Positions 49,670-58,713 of a DNA stretch of 64,000 nt are shown in pieces. The stretch is from Terriglobia bacterium (GTDB taxonomy: Bacteria; Acidobacteriota; Terriglobia; JAJPHL01; JAPKYU01). The stretch's first letter is position 1. Each line of letters opens with the position of its first letter. The stretch is taken from contig CBDCVK010000010.1 of NCBI GenBank assembly GCA_965223005.1, forward strand, positions 1,344,001 to 1,408,000. Reading direction: 5' to 3'. Position numbers and translations under genes: made by a program. The notes beneath the pieces are model-generated. The model was not told where the DNA came from, did not search any database, and worked only from the letters and a program-made list of their open reading frames with translations.

Positions 49670-50800
49670 TTAGCCATCCGCCGTCGCCAGCCTGCTTTCC
49701 GCGACGAACGGAGGTTGGGCTGCCAGGCGCAGCAGTTCGCGCTCGGGCTCCTCTGTCCGCTTGAGCTGGCCGCAGGCAGCAAAGATGTCACGGCCGCGGG
49801 GTTTGCGAATGAAGGCCAAAACGCCCGCCTCCACGAGAATGCCCTGGAAGCTGCGGACGCGCTGGTCAGAGGGCGTGCGGAAGGGGAGTTCGGCGCCCGG
49901 GTTCAGCGCGATAAGGTTGACCTTAGTGCGCCCCGCGCCGACCCGTTTTACCAGCCGGACCAAGCGGCGAGCATCGGCGGGCGTATCGTTGATCCCGTCC
50001 AGAAGCGCGTACTCAAATGTCAGTCGCTCGCCCGGTCGCAGCGGAAACGCGCGGCAGGCCTCGAGCAGCGTGGCAATGGGCCACTTCTTGTTGAGCGGCA
50101 TCAGCCGGCTGCGCACCCCATCTGTGGTCGCGTTGAGGGACACCGCCAGCCTGGGTCTCACCGGTTCCCGGCCCAGGTCCGCGATGCGCGGGACAACACC
50201 TGCCGTGGAGAGCGTCATCCGGCGCGCGGAAAGGCCCACGCCCTGGGAGTCGGCCAGCAGACGCACCGCCTCCATCACCGCGTCATAGTTCAGCAGCGGC
50301 TCGCCCATTCCCATCAACACCAGGTTCACTGGCCGGCGGGTGGCTTCGCCCAGTTCCAGGCTGTTCCTTTCGGCCACCAGCAGCACCTGGCCGACGATTT
50401 CCCCCGCGCTGAGATTGCGGATAAGCCCCAACAGGGCGGTCAGGCAGAACTTGCAGTTGACCGGGCACCCGGCCTGGGTGGAAAGGCAAATTGTGTCGCG
50501 GCCTTGCTCCGGCATCAGAACGGTTTCGATGGTTTCGCCATCCCGGAGCCGGAGCAGATAGCGGACGGTGCCGTCGGTCGAGCGGAACTCCTTTTCAATC
50601 AACGGCCAGCTGATCCGGGCCTGTTCGAGCAGGCGCCGTCGCAGGTGCCGCGAAAGGGTGGATATCCGGGCAGGGTCCCGAAGCCGCTGCCGGTAGAGGG
50701 CTGTATAAAGCTGGGTGGCGCGATAGGACGGCTCGCCCCACCGGGCCAGCAACGCCTCCAGCGCCTTGCGGTCCATTCCCAGCAGTTCGATGGGAGCCAT
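49670..50800 (-). CDS. rlmN: Dual-specificity RNA methyltransferase RlmN
   Basis: CPVNCKFC radical SAM motif, MGMGEP, AACGQL. Confidence 0.95.
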   Translation of the reverse strand: MAPIELLGMDRKALEALLARWGEPSYRATQLYTALYRQRLRDPARISTLSRHLRRRLLEQARISWPLIEKEFRSTDGTVRYLLRLRDGETIETVLMPEQGRDTICLSTQAGCPVNCKFCLTALLGLIRNLSAGEIVGQVLLVAERNSLELGEATRRPVNLVLMGMGEPLLNYDAVMEAVRLLADSQGVGLSARRMTLSTAGVVPRIADLGREPVRPRLAVSLNATTDGVRSRLMPLNKKWPIATLLEACRAFPLRPGERLTFEYALLDGINDTPADARRLVRLVKRVGAGRTKVNLIALNPGAELPFRTPSDQRVRSFQGILVEAGVLAFIRKPRGRDIFAACGQLKRTEEPERELLRLAAQPPFVAESRLATADG

Positions 50801-50942
50801 CGGCTGTCATTTTAGCATGCAGCCTAGCATGCTGCCGGCCTGGGCCTGGTTCTCGGGCGGGCAGGGCGTATGGCTGGAATTCCCTCTCGGCCTGTGTTAC
50901 AAAGGAGTTGGGTCCTCTGCGCTAGCTCTGACGATTCGCCTC

Positions 50943-52223
50943 ATGAGCCAAAAGGAAACGCGAGCCATCCGACGGGAAGTCTTCCCCAACGGGCTCACTG
51001 TTATCACCGAGACCATGCCCCATGTGCGCTCCGTTTCGGTAGGCATCTGGATGAAAACCGGCTCGCGCCGCGAGACCCCCGAGCAAAACGGCATCTCGCA
51101 TTTCATCGAGCACATGCTGTTCAAGGGGACCCAAACCAGGACGGCCGAAGAGATCGCCCGCTCGGTGGATTCCATCGGCGGCCACCTGGACGCGTTCACG
51201 GCCAAAGAGTGCGTCTGCCTGAATACCAAGATTCTCGATGAGCACCTTCCTTTCGCTCTGGAAGTGCTTTCGGACCTGGTTTTGAACCCCTTGTTCAAAG
51301 ATGATGACATTGTCCGGGAACACGGGGTGGTGCTGGAAGAGTTGAAGATGGATGAGGACAGCCCCGATTACCTCGTCCACGAGATATTCACTCAGAATTT
51401 CTGGCGGGATCACCCGCTGGGCAAACCCATCCTGGGGACCAAGGAAAGCATCAAGCGGTTGGGAGGGAAGTCGCTGTGGGAGCACTTCCGGCGCCACTAC
51501 GTGCCCAACAACATGATTTTGTCGGCGGCGGGCAATCTGGATCATCGTCATCTGTTGGACCTGGTCGGGAAATACTACGGAGCGCTGGCGCCAGGCTCGC
51601 CACTGGAGCCCGAGCTCGTGCCCGTGCCGCACTCCCGTCTCACATTGCGCAACAAGAAAGACTTGGGGCAGGTGCACCTGTGCCTTGGGGTGCCGTCCTA
51701 TCCCCTGTCACATGAACGCCGCTATGCGTGCTACGTGCTGAACACATTGCTGGGTGGGGGCATGAGTTCGCGGCTGTTCCAGAATATTCGCGAGCGCCAG
51801 GGCCTAGCTTACGCCGTGTTCTCCGAATTGAACCCCTACCGGGACGCGGGCTGCCTGTCGGTGTACGCTGGCACCTCGGCGGATACGGTTCGCAAGGTCA
51901 TGGATTTGATTCTGGAGGAGTTTCGCAATCTGAAAGCCAGCCCCGTTCCGTCAGAGGAGCTGCGGCGCGCCAAGGACCACCTGAAGGGCAGCCTGATGCT
52001 CTCGCTGGAGTCCACCACTAGCCGGATGTCCAACTTGGCCCGACAGGAAATGTATTTTGGCAAGTTTTTCTCGCTCGACGAGATCATTGCTAAAATCGAG
52101 CAGGTGACCCCGGAAGAATTGCTGGAGATCGCACGCGAGTTTTTCCTCCCGGAAAGCATCGCAGTGACGGCACTGGGGAATCTGGACGGACTGAAAATCA
52201 GCCGCGAGCATCTGGTGTGTTAG
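50943..52223 (+). CDS. M16 (pitrilysin) zinc peptidase
   Basis: HFIEH inverted zinc motif, GGGMSSRLFQ.IRE..GLAY. Confidence 0.93.
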   Translation: MSQKETRAIRREVFPNGLTVITETMPHVRSVSVGIWMKTGSRRETPEQNGISHFIEHMLFKGTQTRTAEEIARSVDSIGGHLDAFTAKECVCLNTKILDEHLPFALEVLSDLVLNPLFKDDDIVREHGVVLEELKMDEDSPDYLVHEIFTQNFWRDHPLGKPILGTKESIKRLGGKSLWEHFRRHYVPNNMILSAAGNLDHRHLLDLVGKYYGALAPGSPLEPELVPVPHSRLTLRNKKDLGQVHLCLGVPSYPLSHERRYACYVLNTLLGGGMSSRLFQNIRERQGLAYAVFSELNPYRDAGCLSVYAGTSADTVRKVMDLILEEFRNLKASPVPSEELRRAKDHLKGSLMLSLESTTSRMSNLARQEMYFGKFFSLDEIIAKIEQVTPEELLEIAREFFLPESIAVTALGNLDGLKISREHLVC

Positions 52224-52241
52224 GGAAGCGCCGGACGTCTC

Positions 52242-53072
52242 CTGACTGGACCCGGGCAGTCGAGTTCACCACGGAACAGCGCCACGAGCATTCGAGTCTC
52301 AGTTCTGGGCAGCGGCAGTAGCGGGAACGCGACCCTGGTCGCCACCGAGCGAACCCGTCTCCTGGTGGACGCCGGACTCAGCCGCCGCGAGACTCTCCGC
52401 CGCCTGAGAGGCATGGGTGAGCCGGTTACCAGCCTGGACGGGATCCTCATCTCCCACGAGCATAACGACCACGTGTCCGGCGTGGCCCCCCTGGCTACCG
52501 CCCTGAACATTCCTGTTTATTTGACTGCCTTGACCCGTCAAGCCCTTCCCTCCGCAGAGGAAACGTCGTCCGCCTTCGAAGTTTTCCAGCCAGGCCAGAA
52601 GTTTGCCATCAAAGACCTGGAAGTCGAGCCGTTCACCGTGCCGCACGATGCCGCTGACCCGGTGGGTTTCTGTTTTTCTGCTGCGGGCATTCGCATCGGG
52701 GTGTGTATGGACCTGGGTTATTTGCCCGAATCGGTCAAGGTGCACCTGCGTGGCTGTCAGTGTCTGGTGCTGGAGTCCAATCACGACCTGGATATGCTCA
52801 AGGTGGGCCCCTATCCTTGGATGGTCAAGCAGCGGGTCATGAGCCGCACCGGCCACTTGTCTAATAGCGCGGTCGCCGAGTTCCTCGAGAACGACTACGA
52901 CGGGCAAGCACAGGTGCTGGTTCTAGCCCATCTCAGCGAGAACAACAACCATCCGGAAATTGCGCGGCTTTCCGCGGCCATGGCCCTGGAATCGTGCCAG
53001 GGCCGCGGCGGGGACCGGACGCGGTTGGTGATCAGCTCGCAAAAATCGGCCACCGAGCTGTTTCGGTTTTGA
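52242..53072 (+). CDS. MBL-fold metallohydrolase (YycJ/WalJ-like); start codon uncertain
   Basis: VLGSGSSGN..LVDAG, SHEHNDH, PHDA, LESNHD, GHLSN, LAHLSENNN; the conserved N-terminus lies upstream of the first GTG (52365). Confidence 0.85.
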   Translation: MTGPGQSSSPRNSATSIRVSVLGSGSSGNATLVATERTRLLVDAGLSRRETLRRLRGMGEPVTSLDGILISHEHNDHVSGVAPLATALNIPVYLTALTRQALPSAEETSSAFEVFQPGQKFAIKDLEVEPFTVPHDAADPVGFCFSAAGIRIGVCMDLGYLPESVKVHLRGCQCLVLESNHDLDMLKVGPYPWMVKQRVMSRTGHLSNSAVAEFLENDYDGQAQVLVLAHLSENNNHPEIARLSAAMALESCQGRGGDRTRLVISSQKSATELFRF

Positions 53073-53142
53073 CGGAAGTTTCTCCCGCTAGTCTCCTGCA
53101 GAAGTGACTGCGCTGTGGCCGGGCGGCCGATCGGTGAGCCAG

Positions 53143-53634
53143 ATGCGGGCCTGGGTTTACAAAGTCAACGCTCGTCGGCCAGGCATTCTCACCAGCTGGC
53201 ACTTCGACCGCTATTTCCGCTATCGGGGCCGGAACCCCCACGAGATGGGCGGCTCAGGGTGGATTCGCTCGCCGATGAGCTGGGCTCATTTGAAGCGGGT
53301 GCGTCGGGGGGATTTTTTTGTCTGTTATCAGAGCGACGAGCGGCGGATTTACGGCCTGGCCCGCGCCGCCGGCCATGGCTACGAGGAGTTGCCTGGCAGC
53401 GGCCAATATAACTGTGTTGACTTTGCTCCGCAGGGACTGCGGCTGAAGAAGCCGCTGGACGTGACGGCACCGGCCTATCGGACCGTGTTCAGCCATGTGC
53501 GCGCTTTCACCGTGCCCTCGCGCGGCACCATTCACCCGCTGGCGGCTGACGAACTCCGCTACGTCCTGCGGGCCCTGGCGACGGAGAATCCCGAACAGCG
53601 CCAGGTGATCGCGACTTGGTGCCGCAGGCGGTAA
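53143..53634 (+). CDS. Hypothetical protein, EVE/PUA-like domain
   Basis: W..K.N..W...W..LK.VRRGD.F..YQS...IYG.A...Y...VD...P....RGTI.PL pattern resembles EVE. Confidence 0.55.
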   Translation: MRAWVYKVNARRPGILTSWHFDRYFRYRGRNPHEMGGSGWIRSPMSWAHLKRVRRGDFFVCYQSDERRIYGLARAAGHGYEELPGSGQYNCVDFAPQGLRLKKPLDVTAPAYRTVFSHVRAFTVPSRGTIHPLAADELRYVLRALATENPEQRQVIATWCRRR

Positions 53635-53741
53635 CGGCTTGCCGATCGCTATCTATCCATTTGCCATAATGGCCATTTGCTATGATGGTGCCCCGGAGGG
53701 GGCCTTGTTGGGAGAGCCCGGCGGGGAGGTCAGAAAAGCTA

Positions 53742-54122
53742 ATGAAACATTCGGCTGCATTCTTGAAACTCGTCGAAGATGCCAAGACGCGGATCGGTGA
53801 GCTCACGGTAGAGGACGTTTGGCGGAAACAAGGACGCGGTCAGTCGTTCGAATTCGTGGACGTGCGTGAAGACAACGAGTGGGCTCAAGGCTACGCGGCC
53901 GGTGCCCGGCACATCGGCCGTGGAGTTCTGGAGCGCGACATCGAAGACTTGGTGCCGGACCGCGAACGGGAAATTGTGCTTTACTGCGGGGGCGGCTTCC
54001 GCTCCGCGCTGGCCGCTGACAACTTGCAGAAGATGGGCTACCTCCGGGCCTTCTCCATGGCCGGTGGAATTCGTGCCTGGCGGGAGCAGGGGCTGCCGGA
54101 GGCGGAGCCCAGCGAGCCGTAG
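53742..54122 (+). CDS. Rhodanese-like sulfurtransferase
   Basis: DVRE..EW, RGVLERDIE, YCGGGFRSAL, GGIRAW. Confidence 0.9.
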   Translation: MKHSAAFLKLVEDAKTRIGELTVEDVWRKQGRGQSFEFVDVREDNEWAQGYAAGARHIGRGVLERDIEDLVPDREREIVLYCGGGFRSALAADNLQKMGYLRAFSMAGGIRAWREQGLPEAEPSEP

Positions 54123-54163
54123 TCTGGTGGGGGCGCTATACTAGTGGGGCGAGCAGACGCAAG

Positions 54164-54820
54164 ATGAACAGAAGACTCTGGTTTATCGCGATCTTGGGTG
54201 CATTGGTAGGCTGCGACCAGAACGTGGGACCGCCGGGGGCGGTGCCCCAGACACGACCCCAAGAGACGCAACCCCAAGCCAGTACCGCCAGACGGACGCC
54301 AGCAAGGGGCGATAGCGAGTCGGCTCCCGCAGCTAAAGAGGGAAGCGATGCAGCGGCTGGCGTCGTCTGGACGCCTCCGCCCCGCTGGGTCTCCCAAGGC
54401 TCGCGTCCGATGCGCGTTGTCACCTATCGCGTGCCGGCCGCGGAGGGCGATCCGGAAGATGGCGAATGCGCCGTCTTCTATTTTGGTAGCGGGCAGGGCG
54501 GCACGGTGGAGGCAAACCTGAAGCGCTGGATGTCCCAATTCGAGCAACCCGGCGGAACAAGTTCGGAAGATGCGGCGAAGATCAAGCAGCAAGTCATCAG
54601 CGGTCTGAACGTTACTACTGTAGATCTGAGCGGCATCTACCTGGCTTCCGCCCGCCCCATGTCGCCGGTAAAACAACGCAAGCCCGGCTACCGCCTGCTG
54701 GGCGCGATTGTGGATGCGCCGGAAGGGGCCCTGTTCTTCAAATTTACCGGCCCGTTGCCGACCGTGGCGGCTAGCACCGAACAGTTTCGGGCCATGTTGC
54801 AATCCCTGCGGCAGCAGTAG
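54164..54820 (+). CDS. Hypothetical lipoprotein
   Basis: Lipobox LVGC; MR..TY, GGTVEANLKRW..QF, FFKFTGP motifs. Confidence 0.7.
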   Translation: MNRRLWFIAILGALVGCDQNVGPPGAVPQTRPQETQPQASTARRTPARGDSESAPAAKEGSDAAAGVVWTPPPRWVSQGSRPMRVVTYRVPAAEGDPEDGECAVFYFGSGQGGTVEANLKRWMSQFEQPGGTSSEDAAKIKQQVISGLNVTTVDLSGIYLASARPMSPVKQRKPGYRLLGAIVDAPEGALFFKFTGPLPTVAASTEQFRAMLQSLRQQ

Positions 54821-54873
54821 CCTCCGCGTGCTGGCGCAGGCGGTACGCTATAGCTTGTTCTGCTTTCCAAACA

Positions 54874-55944
54874 ATGTCCCGCTCACCGAAAGACTCACGT
54901 CTGCTGCGCGCCTGCCGCGCACAGCCCGTGGACATCACTCCAGTCTGGTTCATGCGCCAGGCCGGCCGCTACATGCCGGAGTATCGGGCGATCCGCGAAA
55001 AGCACAGCCTCCTGGAGATTTGCAAGACGCCGGCGCTGGCGGCCGAGGTCACCATCACCGCCGCTGAACGCCTCGATGTGGATGCGGCCATCATCTTCGC
55101 TGACCTGCTGTTACCCGTCGAACCGATGGGGATGCGCCTGCGGTTCGAACAGGGCGAAGGCCCGGTGTTGGACAACCCACTGCGGGATGAAGCCGCGGTT
55201 GCGCGGCTCCGCAGCGACGTGGCTTCCGAGCTGGGTTTTGTTTCCGAAGCTATCCGGCTGGTCCGCCAGCACTTCGGCGAACGTCTGCCGGTGATCGGAT
55301 TTGCCGGTGCCCCCTTCACGCTGGCCAGTTACATGATTGAAGGCGGTAGCTCTCGCCACTTCCTTGCCACCAAGACGCTGCTCTACCAAGCTCCGCAAGC
55401 CTGGGCCCTGCTGATGGAGAAGCTTTGCGCTGCGCTGGAGCCCTACCTATTGGCCCAGGTGGAAGCGGGCGCCGATGTGGTGCAGTTGTTCGACAGCTGG
55501 GTGGGCTGCCTCAGTGTGGACGACTACCGCGAGTACGTACTCCCCTACTCGAAAAGGTTGATCCGCGCAGTCCAGGCCCACGGGGTCCCCGTGATTCACT
55601 TTGCCACCGAATCAGCCTCGTTGCTGGAGGCCATGGAACAGGCAGATGCGGCGGTGCTGAGTGTGGACTGGCGCATCCGGCTGGATGAAGCCTGGGCTCG
55701 GGTCGGCCATCGGCCGGCCATTCAGGGCAACCTGGACCCGGCGGCGCTGCTGGCGCCCCTGCCGGAACTGAGGCGTCGGATTCGCGCCATCTTAGAGCAG
55801 GCTGGCCAGCGTCCGGGGCATATCTTCAACCTGGGGCACGGTATTCTGCCCGGAACTCCGGTGGAAAATGTGATCGCCACCGTACAAATGGTCCGGGAGT
55901 ATTCGCCGAAGTGCGGAGATGCAGGCGCAGCGCAAAGTGAGTAA
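54874..55944 (+). CDS. hemE: Uroporphyrinogen decarboxylase
   Basis: PVWFMRQAGRYMPEY, GFAGAPFTLASY, QGNLDP, NLGHG. Confidence 0.96.
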   Translation: MSRSPKDSRLLRACRAQPVDITPVWFMRQAGRYMPEYRAIREKHSLLEICKTPALAAEVTITAAERLDVDAAIIFADLLLPVEPMGMRLRFEQGEGPVLDNPLRDEAAVARLRSDVASELGFVSEAIRLVRQHFGERLPVIGFAGAPFTLASYMIEGGSSRHFLATKTLLYQAPQAWALLMEKLCAALEPYLLAQVEAGADVVQLFDSWVGCLSVDDYREYVLPYSKRLIRAVQAHGVPVIHFATESASLLEAMEQADAAVLSVDWRIRLDEAWARVGHRPAIQGNLDPAALLAPLPELRRRIRAILEQAGQRPGHIFNLGHGILPGTPVENVIATVQMVREYSPKCGDAGAAQSE

Positions 55945-56884
55945 GTCCAAGACCGGAAACCCGAAATCCGAAACCCCAAGGCGGGCAGTTCTGCTCCTGG
56001 CCCACGGCGCCCCTGATCGCCTGGAGGACATCCCCGAATTTCTGCGGCACGTGCGCGGCGGCCGGCCATTGCCCGAACATGCAGTCCAGGAAATCACCCA
56101 GCGCTACGCCCGCATCGGTGGCGGTTCGCCGCTGCGTCGCATTACCGAACAGCAGGCCTGCGCGCTGGCAGCGCACCTTGCGGTGCCGGTCGTCGTGGGC
56201 ATGAGGAACTGGAAGCCGTTCATCGCTGAAGCGCTGGTCAGCCTGCCGGCCGTGCTGGAGCGGTTGGTAGTCATCTGCCTGGCGCCGCAAAACTCGCGCA
56301 CCAGCGTGGGCCTCTATCGGCAGCACTTAGAGCGCGCACTGGATGCGAGTCCGGCGCGGCCGCAAGTGCGCCCACGAGTGAAGTTCGTTGAAAGCTGGCA
56401 CGATCATCCGCGGCTGATTCAGGCATTCGCTGAAAAAGTGCGTGCCGGGCTGGCCGCCACGGAAGCCGGTGTGGATGGCGAAATTCCCGTGATCCTCACG
56501 GCGCATAGCGTGCCGGAGTCCACCGTTGCCGGCGGTGATCCCTATGCCACGCAGGTCGAGCAGACGGCCGCGCTGGTCGCGGCCGCGGCGCGCCTCCGCA
56601 ACTGGCGCACTGCTTACCAGAGCCAGGGGATGACAGCAGAACCCTGGATCGGGCCGACTGTTGAATCTCAGATTGACGAGCTGGCGGCCGAGGGACGTCG
56701 TGTCGTCTTCATCGCTCCCATCGGCTTTGTCTCCGACCACGCGGAAATCCTCTACGACATCGACATTCAGTTTCGGGAGTACGCGCGGGCCAAGGGTATG
56801 AAGCTGTGCCGTTCCGAGTCACTCAATAAAAGCCCGTTGCTGATCGAGACGCTGGCCGAGATGGTTCAGGAGCAGCTGGAATGA
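55937..56884 (+). CDS. hemH: Ferrochelatase
   Basis: HG.P, GGSPL, TAHS.P, YQSQG...W.GP, PIGFVSDHAEILYDID. Confidence 0.93.
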   Translation: MSKSKTGNPKSETPRRAVLLLAHGAPDRLEDIPEFLRHVRGGRPLPEHAVQEITQRYARIGGGSPLRRITEQQACALAAHLAVPVVVGMRNWKPFIAEALVSLPAVLERLVVICLAPQNSRTSVGLYRQHLERALDASPARPQVRPRVKFVESWHDHPRLIQAFAEKVRAGLAATEAGVDGEIPVILTAHSVPESTVAGGDPYATQVEQTAALVAAAARLRNWRTAYQSQGMTAEPWIGPTVESQIDELAAEGRRVVFIAPIGFVSDHAEILYDIDIQFREYARAKGMKLCRSESLNKSPLLIETLAEMVQEQLE

Positions 56885-56920
56885 ATCGACCGCAAGGACC
56901 GATTCCTTCAGTCTTCATGT

Positions 56921-56948
56921 TTGACACAAACTTCTGAGTGAGGATACT
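56921..56948 (+). promoter_or_regulatory. Sigma70-type promoter of msrA
   Basis: TTGACA (56921) N16 GATACT, followed by GAGGAG RBS. Confidence 0.55.
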
Positions 56949-56971
56949 AATGACTAACGAGGAGAGGATGC

Positions 56972-57442
56972 ATGGAGAAGGCAACTTTCGGCGCAGGGTG
57001 CTTTTGGGGGATAGAGGCCGCCTTCCGTCAGGTCCCAGGCGTGGTGGACGCGGCGGTTGGCTACATGGGCGGGACGTTGGAGAACCCTACCTACCAGGAC
57101 GTGTGTACGGACACAACCGGCCATGCCGAGGTCGTGCAGGTCACTTTTGATCCTGCGAAGGTTTCCTACCAGCAACTGCTCGATCTGTTGTGGGAAATTC
57201 ACGACCCCACGACCCCGAATCGACAGGGGCCGGACGTGGGCAAGCAGTATCGTTCGGCAATTTTCTTCCACTCGACCGAACAGGAGGCCGCCGCCCGCGC
57301 CTCCAAGGAGAAGCAGCAGGCGTCGGGCCGCTTCCGGCGTCCGATTGTCACCGAGATCACCTCGGCCCCAACCTTTTACCGCGCCGAGGAATACCACCAG
57401 CGATATTTCGAAAAGCGGGGCATCGCTGCCTGCCATCGCTAG
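56972..57442 (+). CDS. msrA: Methionine-S-sulfoxide reductase
   Basis: GCFWG, TGHAEVV, HDPT..NRQG.D.G.QYRS, AEEYHQ.Y. Confidence 0.96.
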   Translation: MEKATFGAGCFWGIEAAFRQVPGVVDAAVGYMGGTLENPTYQDVCTDTTGHAEVVQVTFDPAKVSYQQLLDLLWEIHDPTTPNRQGPDVGKQYRSAIFFHSTEQEAAARASKEKQQASGRFRRPIVTEITSAPTFYRAEEYHQRYFEKRGIAACHR

Positions 57443-57595
57443 CGATTCTCCAAAATCAAATCCGGCGCACGATGGGGAGTGTCTCCAGACAGTTGGCTAA
57501 GTAGGACCCGTGAATCGCCTTTCCAAAAAAATCGGTAGCTTCTCAGCGAAAAATGCGCTATTGAGTCTCCGGTTGGACTGAGACGCTATCAGGGA

Positions 57596-57931
57596 GTGGA
57601 TGAAGCTGTGGGAGTCGAGAGACGGCAGTACAAGCGCTACGGGGTGACGGGGAGGACGGAGTTTCAGACCGATTCTGAAAGGGCGGTCGGCGAACTGCTG
57701 GATATCGGAACTGGAGGCTTGCTCATCCGCAGCCGGCTCATCCCCGACAAGGGGACAAATCTCTGGGCCCAGTTCACCGTGGCGGGGTACCCGGGAGGAT
57801 TCGAAACCCGCGGGCGCGTGGTGCGCACCCAATTGGATGTGGTGGCGGTCATGTTCTTGAAGCCGCCGGCCGGGTTGGAGAGGCCACTGGCGTGGCTGGA
57901 ACATCGCACTTCACCGCAACCGGGCGCCTGA
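57596..57931 (+). CDS. Stand-alone PilZ domain protein
   Basis: ERRQYKR (RxxxR) and DIGTGG (DxxxxG) motifs. Confidence 0.8.
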   Translation: MDEAVGVERRQYKRYGVTGRTEFQTDSERAVGELLDIGTGGLLIRSRLIPDKGTNLWAQFTVAGYPGGFETRGRVVRTQLDVVAVMFLKPPAGLERPLAWLEHRTSPQPGA

Positions 57932-58056
57932 ATTGCTGTCCTAGACTTGCAATCCGCTTCGATCAACCTTGAGAACTGAGCTGCAGCCAGCCTTCAGAAG
58001 GTTCGGACTTGCTCGCGTCGGGTCCCGCCTTTTCGGAGAAGCCGTGACGTAGGGAG

Positions 58057-58557
58057 TTACCGGGCCCAACCCGGAGGCAGCCCGCTCCGGCGGAGTTCCT
58101 CCTCCAGGTCCTCGACGGCCTTCCGAGCCTTTTCCACCGCCGCCTCTTGCTGTTGCACTTCCTGCCCGCGTCCCAGCAGCCATCCCTGGCGGAGTTCTGC
58201 CAGTTTCTTTTCCTCAGCCGCCAGGGCGGCGTGCAACTGGGCGGCTTTCGCCCGGTATTCTTTCTCGACTTTCGCTCTAGTCTTCTTGTCTTCGCCCTTG
58301 GGGGGCGCCTGTTCCCCTTCCTGTTCCGTCTCGCCCTCTTTGGCCTTTGTCTCGGCTGGGACGCCGGTGCTGAGGCTGCCCCGGCTCGGCAGATCCTCGT
58401 TGGTGTAAACCCGGGTAGCTTTGGCCTGCTTACCCTTCTTTGCTCTGAGGCGACGCGCCGCCTCGCCCAGCGACTGTGCCGAGGCTGTGGCGCCTAACAG
58501 CAGCACGACCGCCATCAGGCGAAAGATCCGGTATCCCAATGTTGGGTAGCTATGCAT
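58057..58557 (-). CDS. Hypothetical exported coiled-coil protein
   Basis: Signal-like segment, QSLGEAARR..VYTNEDL, C-terminal LEEELRR.G.PPGW; true start may be a downstream Met. Confidence 0.65.
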   Translation of the reverse strand: MHSYPTLGYRIFRLMAVVLLLGATASAQSLGEAARRLRAKKGKQAKATRVYTNEDLPSRGSLSTGVPAETKAKEGETEQEGEQAPPKGEDKKTRAKVEKEYRAKAAQLHAALAAEEKKLAELRQGWLLGRGQEVQQQEAAVEKARKAVEDLEEELRRSGLPPGWAR

Positions 58558-58713
58558 AGAAACCGCCCTCCCGACCAGGCGCGATGGCTCTCTCCGCCGC
58601 TCAATTCTCTAGTTTAGCTGCTGGCTTAAGCACAAATCAAGGAGGCTGCCGGTGCACAGAACGGTCCACGCTACCGCCCTGGGGCGATATTGAAGGCCGG
58701 CCCTGCTGTCACC

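Noticed and set aside
335-51677. Long antisense or alternate-frame ORFs (e.g. 6085-7323, 16281-17453, 28038-29573, 37595-38920, 49637-50815)
   Set aside because: Shadows of well-supported genes in high-GC DNA; no motifs of their own.
15055-52223. Genome-wide amber recoding or pyrrolysine suggested by two in-frame TAGs
   Set aside because: Many intact genes end at TAG at their expected C-termini (e.g. 3356, 13418, 43557, 46225); no pyl genes; the SBBP TAG is one transition from CAG.
25312-57442. Additional Sec codons in msrB, msrA or the rhodanese
   Set aside because: All have Cys codons at their catalytic positions.
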